A DNA stretch of 54,849 nucleotides from Macrostomum lignano (Eukaryota): NCBI GenBank assembly GCA_002269645.1, contig NIVC01004211.1:1-54849 (forward strand), written 5' to 3'. Shown here one piece after another: positions 24,738-35,028 of this stretch. A program made the position numbers and the translations under genes. How positions within the stretch are numbered: position 1 is the first letter of the stretch; every line of letters starts with the position of its first letter. A model generated the notes under the pieces. It worked only from the letters and a program-made list of their open reading frames with translations, did no database searches and had not been told where the DNA came from.

Positions 24738-25757
24738 CGCTAAATGCGTAATTCTGTTGTGTACGTGTACATGTACTTCTTAACTACTCAACCGAAATCG
24801 CCTTTTGAGAACCTTGGAGGATCGACATTCTGTTTCTCAAACTTAGCAGATCTTGTCTCTGTGCCATTCTTAGCAGATCTTCTCAATCTGCTCGGTTCTT
24901 GCAGGAAGGGAAGTACATTTGTTCTAGCTTTATTATTATTTATATTTTATGGCAAATGAGACAATAAATTTATTAAAATATGCGATTCCAAGCTATAAAA
25001 AGATATAAAAGTTAAGATCTTGTACGATGTAGCAAGATAACATTTTTTAAGAATCAACAAGTCAATGTCTTCTAGGGAATGAACTGCGCTTTCCATCAAG
25101 CTCCGATCATACATCACCCGTTTCAACATTCTCAATAATACCCTATTAATATTTTCTGTTTTAGAATTCCATATTAAAATACTTGTCGTTCCGTATAGTT
25201 TGATGAGGACGCACTTTTTTCCAAACCCCGCGCTAGCACATGGGCTCTAAACTTACTAGCCTACTAACAGTAGGCAATGGGCATTTTTATCCTTTTTCTG
25301 CGAATTGTCATAGAATCTATACTTGATATGTTTGGTCATACTAGTAGTCATAATAACATAGGCGCAGCTTTTTGGGTCATAAATCATCGCTATCGAAGCT
25401 GGTCTGACAGCCACCTGCGCCTCACTCAGTGTTGAGGCGGGCGCCAGATGGTCTGAGAGGATGCGGGCGGTAGCTTTTTTCTCATCATTTTGACAGGCCA
25501 TCAAGATTTATGAGGTCAGAGCCTATTGTTCGTGTTCACTCAAGCGTGTGACAGCTTTGACAGCTATGCGTTTTACCCCTACCTTGGGATTAGCGATTAG
25601 CGATTTCTCTTCATTATCTTCACTTTCTATTTAATATGAGCTTTCTAATGTATATTTTTTCATTAATTTCTGTCAATCCTACGCTAAAAGTCATAAATCA
25701 TTTTGTTGCGATTTTGATTGATTTATGGCCGCACCTGTCATCTTTTTACGACCCTGT

Positions 25758-26245
25758 GGGAACTGATAGGACTCACGTGATTCTGGGTAGCAACAAGCTT
25801 AGCCAATCAGAAAATTCGGCGCTCATTTTAACAAATAGGCTCAGCCAATCAGAATCGACGTGTTCCATTATAACAAACTGCGGTCCAGTTGGCGGCTATT
25901 TAAACCGGTGTTTTTGGCCCGCTCGGACCTCAACCGGCTCTCCCGCGGAGGAACCTTCCCGACATTTCTGGTTCCCGGAGCCCGACCGTCGTTTCTTGAT
26001 CCCCGGATTGCGACTTCCCCCCTCATCATCAAGGACGAGTCCCCCGGTCATCAGCAGCGAACATCAAAGTTAATATCATCACCTGCTAGCTATCTGCGAA
26101 GACTGTGACAGCATCATCCCGAGCTGCGAGGCATCAAGCCGATTCGGTCACTGTGGATTTCCTGGTCTCCGGCTGTTGAGTTTCTGATTGGTTGGGTGAG
26201 AGGCTATCTAGACTTGCTTGATTGGGTGATCCCTTATCTGTCCCC
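25758..26245. mobile_element. Possible MITE-like element with imperfect inverted ends carrying CCAAT boxes
   Basis: GGGAACTGATAGGACTCAC (25758) versus reverse complement of 26226-26245 (GGGGACAGATAAGGGATCAC); CCAATCAG at 25803 and 25845, CTGATTGG at 26184. Confidence 0.35.
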
Positions 26246-27094
26246 TGTTTCAGTAGCTGAATTAGGCGCACACTTTTGCTCATTTTGTTCAGTAGTGCTG
26301 TTACTGAGGCAGAAATCACTTAATAATATTGCTAGTAGTCTGAAACTCCAATTCAATCTGAGGTGTGAAGTGATTTAAGGAGAAGGTTAAATCTGACAGT
26401 TATTTTTATCGGTTTTATTTCTTTGTTCGCCGATGGCTCAGATGAGTAGCTAAGCTAGTAGGCGCCAGTCACAGTGGACCAATGGCAAGGCAGTTCTCAG
26501 TCAATCAATCTATCAAATCAGTTAGCGAAACTGCCAGTAGTGCAGAATCGGCGCCAGAGATGTACTTTGTGCACTCTAGGTTCGCCAAGCGGCTCGGGTA
26601 ATGAATCATGCGGTCTCTGAAGTTCGAGTTAGTCTATCATCAGCGCTATGAGAGGCTAGTTGGCGCGTTGAAGGCCAAAAGTACATATCTTCGTATTTAG
26701 CAATGTAATAGTACATGCAGCTACCCCAGAGACTCGCCACTGCAAGAATCCCCTGCACAAGTCCCCTCTGTACCTGCATGGCCAATGCGATCTAGTCCCA
26801 GCAGTGTCCCTTATCATCGGCTATGACTTCGAGATAGACAGCAAAAAGACACTAGTTGGCAGGTAAGTAGTCGGAAGCCCGATTTCGAGAGTCCCGGTGT
26901 GGTGAGCCAGGACGTACGGGCTGGTGGCAGCGAGTTAGCTTAGTCTGCGGATTAGCTAATTTCTACCTTCAAAATTCTCCCTGCTTGTCTCTCGCTGTCC
27001 CTCTCTTAGCTATAGGACCTAGACTGCTCGCCACACGATCAAGCTAACATGGGGCTGACCATCTGACAGGAGTGGGGGGCCAGGACTTTAATTG

Positions 27095-27180
27095 ATTTAT
27101 TTCTGAGACCTGAGGCCCGAAGGCTTCCCCACAAGGGGGCCGGAAGGTCGAAACGCATCAAGTTGATGTTCGTCCGATGA
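27095..27180 (+). ncRNA. Degenerate type I hammerhead ribozyme
   Basis: CTGA(27103)-GACCT...AGGTC-GAAAC-G-CATCAA G TTGATG-TTC-GTC(27174): stem II, GAAA, stem III and the GUC triplet are present. The core lacks NGA and stem I is weak. Confidence 0.55.
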
Positions 27181-27291
27181 TATCGAAAAATATTTCAGGC
27201 GCGCTTTCCAATACTACTCGTTTACTAAACCGAATTAAATACATTGGCTTATATTGGCCAAGCAGGCTATTTGTCTATTGCTGAGCCAAAA

Positions 27292-27845
27292 CTTTTACTA
27301 CTACTTCAACTACTTCTGCACTAACACTAACACTATAAGTAAGGCGCCTCAGCCATTGAACAGGCTCTTAATACACCACTAGGAATGAATTAGGATCCAG
27401 GTTGGGAGTTTATCAATGTACACTAGGTTTCTAAGCTAGGCTAAAAGAGACTGTGACCATCAAGCCGAGAAGGCGACACCATGAGTCGGGCTGAGGGCGG
27501 GCCCTACCCCCTACCGTCGGGGCGTCGCACGTACCTTACTCCAAGCACAAAACCAAACCTCCCCGGGGCTAGCAGGCGTCGAGTGAACCTCGGGGGCAGC
27601 CCGTGCCTTCTCCTGGGATAGTGTACCTCCATTTGGTCCTAAAGACCTCCCCACGTACGGCTGTGGCTACCCGGAGGAGCCTCCCCACCTACTAAACCCC
27701 GGGTACTCTTTGCCAAGACAGTCTCTTATCTTTGAAGCGGCAGGACGGCTATTCGCCGGGACTATTTCACCCTTGCTTCGCCAACCCGCCATTTATATTA
27801 GGCCGTGCCAACGGCCCCGTCCTGGTCAGACTCAGTCCCTGGTTT
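27292..27845 (-). mobile_element. Possible short non-autonomous retroelement: GC-rich structured 5' part and (TAG/TAGTGT)n-like 3' tail
   Basis: Minus strand ends in TAGTGTTAGTGTTAGTGCAGAAGTAGTTGAAGTAGTAGTAAAAG; GC-rich body in AT-rich surroundings; complementary blocks at its 5' end. Confidence 0.35.
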
Positions 27846-29400
27846 TGGCACACTCCAGCTTTAAAAGGATCGCTGGCTGTTCACCAGAGGACAATCCGAG
27901 GGAGACCGTCAAAGCATCAACTGGAACAGGTAAGCCTTCCTATACAGCTACCCACAGCCCTTCCTGAAGATACCAACTACTTCTGCAGATCGGAAGACGA
28001 ATATGTTGTATTACATCTGTATTTTCTAGAAAACGTAGTTCAAGTAAAACAAAACGTTTTGTTAGGCTATAATTAAATTTGATAACTTTTTTGTTTTTTA
28101 ATTTACTACTTATGTTTGTTTTTAGACAGTAAAAATTTAAATTTGAACATACAATCCGACAATCTGGATGTTCTAAGAAACTTAGAACATACTTAGTGTG
28201 GTAGTTGCGGACTCCCACTAACGAATATTTAAATTTTATAATAACATTTCATGGACTGTCCCCTTTTCCGCCGCCCCATTTTTGGCCCTACCCGTTCATC
28301 CTTTGGCGGAATTCTATGACGTATTTTGTTCCTTTTCTGGTATAACTGCCCTCTTTCTGCATTTTCGTGCCCTTTTTCTGTTTTGTTTTGTTTTTCTTTG
28401 TGTATCTCTGCGGAACTTTTGCTCGCCAAATTCTGGGCCTTGGAGTCCACGTCCTGTCCCCATTCTCTGGACCACCTTGCCCACCTTCTGCTCCTTTTTT
28501 GTTATTTAGCTTGGCTCTCTCTCTCTCCCTTCCGCCCCCAGCTGGCCTCCCTTTCCTTCACCTTCCTCCTCCCTTCTCGCTCTTCCCCCCTTCTATCGCG
28601 ACATAAACTTAATACATAAATTTAATACTTGTTATTTGTTCCCAGTTGAGTAAAGCCAAATACTAAGACTAGTGATTCGAATTTAACTAATTTAGAGCCC
28701 CGCACCGCGGCTCCCCCGGAACTTTCTGTCGTCTGGTCGACTCCGGTATAGTAATAATTTTCAGTGATTGGTTAATAAACTGAAGTCAATTATTCTTCGT
28801 TTAATACTTAATTAAAAGCCGTAGTTTATCTTAAGTCATTTGCCGGTGGGGCGTAAAACAACCAAGTTCTCACCTCAAAGAAAGCTCTGAGATTTCAACG
28901 TTCCGTAATACGTAAATTACGGTGGTGGCAGCGCTACTCTACAAACAGTAATCAGTCAAGAAATCGAAGTGCATTAACGGTGTCTGAGGACCCTCTCTGA
29001 ACGCTAGCGCCTAACGAAGACCGCTCGTCTACGACCGAAACTACCCTCCCCCCGGAATTGAGGACCCCGGCAGTCGGAGTAAAACAGGAGGCCAACTTTC
29101 GTTGTGATTCATCTGCGCGATTTTCCGGCTTCAATTCGTGCGAACGCAACGACGACCGGTTTCGAAGAAACCCCGAGTTCAAATCAGCAATCGCCAAGTT
29201 TACTAGTACCACTACCAACAAATTTTTCTTCCTCCGCCCCCACCTCACTAGAACGCAACCTTTGTTTTTTTATTGGTCCGTACAAGTTTTTCCTATCTCC
29301 TCCTCACCCGTTGCCGTTGCTGCCAGCATCAAGAAATTCAATTTTACTACAATTTTAACAATTTAACAAGAAGAAGAAGAATTATATTATAAGAACCATC

Positions 29401-32400
29401 ATGTCAAAGAGAAAATATTTTGATACTTCCAGATCAGTTCGTCTGAGCACATATCGAGACCAGCATTTTAAGGTATATTGCTATGTTTTGCCTAAATAAG
29501 CGAAATTGCTCTTAGTGTTAGTCTTTTTTTCATAGTTAAAAAATTTCAAAAAAAGTTTTGAATTTTGAGTGTAGAGCCTACATTCCTACATGACAGTCAT
29601 ATTACCAATTTTTGGCATACTTGACATACACCTAAAATTTTGCCCAAAAATTCTTATGTGTTATGTACATTGGACACCTTCTTGAATCCTGACAGTGGGT
29701 TATAGGCCTATCAAAAAAGTCTTAGGAGGCTAATTAAAAGTAAACAATGAAATCCCTACCATATTTTGGATTGTGTTATATGTACACCAGAAAGTATTTG
29801 GCAATTGGAATACAGATTACAGTCGTTTCAGTGACAAGACGCTTCGGTGACAGTCCTTTCAGTGACAAGCAGAAGTCATTTCGGTGACAAGAAAAATACA
29901 ATTTTAGTTATAGCCATTCTGTTTTTAAACAGAAAATTACTTAGAAAATCTTAGAATACTATAGGCCTACTAGTATAGTACTATAGTATGCAAATTGATT
30001 GAGTGTTCTAATAAATTTAGGGGTTGTACAATATCATTTTTTCAAGAATTTCAAGAATTGAAATTGGCCTTTTTGAGATATTCAAGATTCAATTGAGATT
30101 TAAGACATATAGTGGAACAACAAAATTCATAATTCATAAAGGTACATTAAAAACAACATTTAGAATTATGTGAAATGTGAAACGACAATTTATACGGGTT
30201 TTTTCCATATTATTGTTTCCTTCTGCCAATAGTTCAGGAAGACGACGAACTATGGACTTCGATGGTAACTTTCTCTGTATGATCTCTAGAGTCACATTCT
30301 CAAACTTCAGGCGAGGATCTTTCCTCTTCAATCAGTATATTTTATAAGCTAGTACACTGTACGCGAGCAACGAGGAATAGGAGCAGTAGGGAGAGAGAGT
30401 AGGATTTCGAGGCCCAATAGGCAGTGTCGGTCAGAGGTTGTGCATGCATCACGCGAGGGTCGCATGGCTGGGCTTCTTGCTCGCCGATCATCAGGACTAT
30501 TTTTAGGCATGCAGATCTTGTGCATCTGGGGAGTTGCTGCCAAGGCTGGATGCTTGTTCATGCATCACGCGCATATCGGCTGATTTCTCCCATCCTCTTG
30601 CTAACGGCACCTTCGTTTCACTTCAAATGCAACAAAAAAGTTATTCAACTTTTAAAAATTTAAATTTTTATAGGGCTAAATAGGAACAATGAATTTTTTT
30701 GTTAAAGCACTTTTTAGGACCTTTAACTAACTTTGCATTTTTATCATTAAACTTTGTTTAAATGGTCATTTTAGCATAAAAAAGAATTAATTTTAAATAC
30801 TTTTTTGTGACACCAAATTACATAGTATGCAAAAATGTACAGTGTTTGAACAATCACTGCTCCTAGAATATTTAAAAGTTTTAGGATTCTTTGTAATATA
30901 CAAAATTTAAACAAAATATTGACATTGATGTTGATACCATTAGGCTCTCTGATGCTACATGTTTCTTATAGATTGAGATATTTTCCTAAACATTTGTTTC
31001 TATCTCAAATCTTGATGTTTTTTTAGATCTTAAAGTTGAGATTGAGATTTGAGAAAACCCCAAGATCTTGGATCTCAAGATTAAGATCAAGATCTTGTCT
31101 AACCCCTAAATAAATTGTATACCAATAGAATTGTATGATTAATAAGCACAGAAACACTGTAGCATGCAGTAGATGCAGCAAATAATTACTGCAGAATAAC
31201 AAAACCTATATCATTTGAAAATAAAAAATAATAAATAAAACAAAATAGTTCTATATTATATATTATTGGCCATAGTCCAGATCATGGCAGCATTGGCAGG
31301 CGTACAGCAGCATGTTTTTTGTCAATTTTTTGCCAACATAGGGTAGGAAAAAATGTGCCACCTGTGACAAGTTTTGCTTCACTGGAATGAAGCAATTCAG
31401 GCATCTAGAGTATTCATGAGTACACAGGCAAAATTTTTGTTGTGCACCTTCTCAAACAATAATCAAGTCGCCTCAAATCCCTCTAGACCATCAAGATAAT
31501 CAATGATTCTGCCATAAGGTTGGATTTTTTCCATAATCTCTAGTGTAATCAATACACCCCTATGAATCAATCAGCACATTGACCACTTGTCTACATCAGC
31601 TATGACTTTGTTGGTCATTGGTTTTCACTCACCCTGGTGGAGCTTCTGGACCTTCAGCAGGTGGCACCAGGTGACTATGGACACCCTGGGCCTGTTGCAA
31701 ATTTATTGAGTTTCTCTGGTCAAGCCTCAACAGTGGGCAAACCTCAAACCTCCGCTAGACTCTCATTTGTTGAATATCTCGATGGTCCAGAATGGCTGTC
31801 GACTTTATTCTTGAGAAGGTGCGCAACAAGAAGTTACCCGTTTGGTGTGCCTGGGTTGCTTCGTTCCAGTGCAGCAAAAAAAGTTGTAGGAAATCCGCTT
31901 GATAGTTCGACTGGCGGGAAAACGGCTTGGTATTCCTACTGTTAAGTAGATCCCCTTGACAATCCTTGTCCAGGGCTCGCAAAATGAGCAGGAGAAACGG
32001 CTTTTATCCAGCTCCACCCTCTACGTTGGCAACCTGGCCTTCTACACCAGGGAGGAGCAGATCCACGAGCTGTTCAGCCGGGCAGGCGACGTCAAGCGCA
32101 TCGTCATGGGCCTCGACAAGATCAAGCGTACGCCCTGCGGCTTCTGCTTCGTAGAATTTTACACTCGCTCCGACGCTGAGAATGCCATGCGATATGTGAA
32201 TGGCACCAGACTGGATGATAGGGTCATTCGCACCGACTGGGATGTGGGGTTCCAGGTGAGTGCTGGCTGCTGTTCGTGTTTCAGACTGGGCTACCACTGT
32301 TCCCCAGCTGCTGGGCCAGCCTCCCAGAGTGTCAGTTGCTGGGCCAGCCTCCCAGATCCTCAGTTGCTGGGCCAGCCTCCCAGATCCTCAGTTACTGCTT

Positions 32401-33218
32401 GCTGGGCCAGCCTCACAGAGTGTCAGTTGATGGGCCAGCCTTCCAGATCCTCAATTGCTGGGCCAGCCTTCCAGATCTTCAATTGCTGGCCAGCCTCCCA
32501 GATCCTCAGCTGCTGGGCCAGCCTTCCAGATCCTCAATTGCTGGGCCAGCCTTCCAGATCTTCAATTGCTGGCCAGCCTCCCAGATCCTCAGCTGCTGGG
32601 CCAGCCTTCCAGATCCTCAATTGCTGGGCCAGCCTTCCAGATCTTCAATTGCTGGCCAGCCTCCCAGATCCTCAGCTGCTGGGCCAGCCTTCCAGATCCT
32701 CAATTGCTGGGCCAGCCTTCCAGATCTTCAATTGCTGGGCCAGCCTCCCAGATCCTCAGTTTCTGGGCCAGCCTCCCAGATCCTCAGCTGCTGGGCCAGC
32801 CTCCCAGATCCTCAGTTTCTGGGCCAGCCTCCCAGATCCCGAGTGGCTATGTGAGCCTCCCAGTGTCAGTTGCTAGGCTGCCATCTCATATCCAGTTCAC
32901 CCTGCCCGAGTTACAACTGCAACTCCCATCAAACGTGTCCCCAATTCCCATCATTCACATCCCATTTCGCCAAAAACACCACAGGAGGGCCGCCAATACG
33001 GCCGCGGCAAAAGTGGCGGCCAAGTGCGCGACGAATACAGAGTCGATTACGACCCGGGGCGCGGAGGCTATGGCAAAATCATCATGCAGAAGATGGGCCA
33101 GGATGATCGAATGTTTACCGATCCCTCCGTGCCGGTGGCGCCGGCTGCCACTGCGGCTTCCACCGCCGCTGCACCTTCAGCGGCAGCTCCGGCTGCTGCT
33201 ACCACAGCCGCCCCCTAG
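29401..33218 (+). CDS. NCBP2: Nuclear cap-binding protein subunit 2 (CBP20)
   Basis: Exons 29401-29472 (…STYRDQHFK), 31974-32255 (RRM: [21 protein letters not shown]), 32985-33218 ([19 protein letters not shown]…DPGRGGYGK); 195 aa. Confidence 0.97.
30018..31108. mobile_element. Non-autonomous hAT-like DNA transposon in NCBP2 intron 1
   Basis: TIRs TAGGGGTTGTACAATATC / TAGGGGTTAGACAAGATC (reverse complement of right end); perfect 8-bp TSD AATAAATT at 30010-30017 and 31109-31116. Confidence 0.85.
32290..32840. repeat. About 30-bp minisatellite (GCTGGGCCAGCCTCCCAGATCCTCAGTT-like) in NCBP2 intron 2
   Basis: Tandem array; explains the stop-free overlapping ORFs. Confidence 0.93.
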
Positions 33219-33679
33219 AAACGTTTTTTTCACTGTCCATTCTCTATTGTCTAATAATAATAACAATTCGTAAATACGAAATAGGTCATAGTCAAATTCC
33301 CCCGAGTTTAAATTCGCGTAATTCAATTTGCTGTTGTAATCTGTACTGTAATATCATCAGTAGCATGTGCAGTAAAATGTACAGAATTTTGCGATTTTGA
33401 GTTGTCTGCGTCTGTATTAGGAACAGCTAAACTTATTAAATACATAAAGAAGTACCACTCTCGACTGGCGATTAACGCTCCCTGCTCCAGGCGAGAACGG
33501 TTACAATTCAGCATTTCTTATGTCAGCAGTACCAATATTAGCCTGCTTGAACATGCCTGTACTTTCACTTGCAAATGTCTAGAAGCCTCTTTGATTGAAT
33601 TGCTTTTATTTGCCAAGGATTTGGCGATTCGGGGAATGCAGCTGATTAATTGAATATCTGAGGATCTGGATAACAACTG

Positions 33680-34135
33680 AGTCTGGGAGAATGGCAACTG
33701 AATTTGGAAGGATGGCAACTAGATCTTGGAGGGTGGCAACTGAGTCTGGGAGATGGCAACTAGATCTTGGAGGGTGGCAACTGAGTCTGGGAGGGTGGCA
33801 ACTGAGTCTGGGAGATGGCAACTAGATCTTGGAGGGTGGCAACTGAGTCTGGGAGATGGCAACTGAGTCTGGGAGATGGCAACTAGATCTTGGAGGGCGG
33901 CAACTGAGTCTGGGAGATGGCAACTAGATCTTGGAGGGTGGCAACTGAGTCTGGGAGATGGCAATTAGATCTTGGAGGGTGGCAACTGAGTCTGGGAGAT
34001 GGCAACTAGATCTTGGAGGGTGGCAATTGAGTCTGGGAGATGGCAACTAGATCTTGGAGGGTGGCAACTGAATCTGGGAAGATGGAAACTGAATTTGGGA
34101 GGATGGCACTGAGTCTGGGAGGATGGCAACTAGAC
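33680..34135. repeat. 20/21-bp alternating minisatellite (GGCAACTGAGTCTGGGAGAT / GGCAACTAGATCTTGGAGGGT)
   Basis: Visible tandem array between the convergent NCBP2 and YBX 3' ends. Confidence 0.93.
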
Positions 34136-35028
34136 CTGGCAGGTTGTAATCTGGGAAGAAAATTGTAATTAAAAAACAAATAATGCAAAGACTTCCAAGT
34201 GCAATTTGTGTTCGATGAAACAGTGTTTTTACTTGGCAAAAAACAACCTCTTTCTGTCTCTGTTTTCGATCTAGCTCGTAATTGTCATCGACCTCGAAAA
34301 GCGCTTTAATTAATAATATTATCCAAGCTTCGAAGTCTATCGCCTCCCGCACACACAGCAGCTCAATTTAGCTAAAAACAGTATATGCATATATATAATA
34401 TATAAAGTATATATGCTTGGGATATTTGAGTTAATAACAATTGGGATCGGGGTTAGGCGGAACTGGAGACTGACGGACCGAAAAGAGAGATAAGTTTGAG
34501 AACACGCCGAGACTGAGGAAAAAATCCCAAACGGAGTAGGGAGGGGGGGGGGAACTTTGACTGGGAACAGGGAAAAAGAACTCTTTATTTCGATCGAACT
34601 GGCATACGCGACAAGAGAATTGAAATCAGCTTTTGCAATACAACAAATTAAGAGGCCTGCTTAGGGGCTTACCTAAACATACTACTTATAATCATACGCT
34701 GGCGGATGTGAAACAATTGATGGAACTTTTATTTTGCAAATCTTCTGGACAAAAATAAACGGCTTACGGACAACAGATTTCGGGTTCGAATTTGGTTATA
34801 TTTATTATATAATAATCGTAGTGACGGCACAGTGTGTAGTTAAATAGAACGATTATATAGACTTCAATAGGGAGAGACGATATTCATGTTGTTTGTACTT
34901 TTGTTGGTATTTTTTGTTAGCTAAAAACACAACTGTTACTTAGTCACGGTATTCCCTCTCGCTCTCCGCATAGTTTGGTCCAACCATCAAGCAACAACGG
35001 CTCTATAATAGCTTTCGTTTGACTTGGC

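Noticed and set aside
25256-25504. 82-aa minus-strand ORF, possible transposase fragment
   Set aside because: No recognisable motif
26600-26800. Possible RT relic on the minus strand (GLVQG…SADD)
   Set aside because: Motif match is too weak without a profile search
28983-29045. Second hammerhead candidate (CTGAGGA…GAAAC)
   Set aside because: Stem II cannot close (C opposite C) and there is no stem III/NUH pairing
29820-29890. Four TTC(A/G)GTGACA repeats, possibly a transposon end
   Set aside because: No partner end or TSD found
31956-33273. Long ORFs reading through NCBP2 intron 2
   Set aside because: The repeat lacks stops; the spliced model gives canonical CBP20
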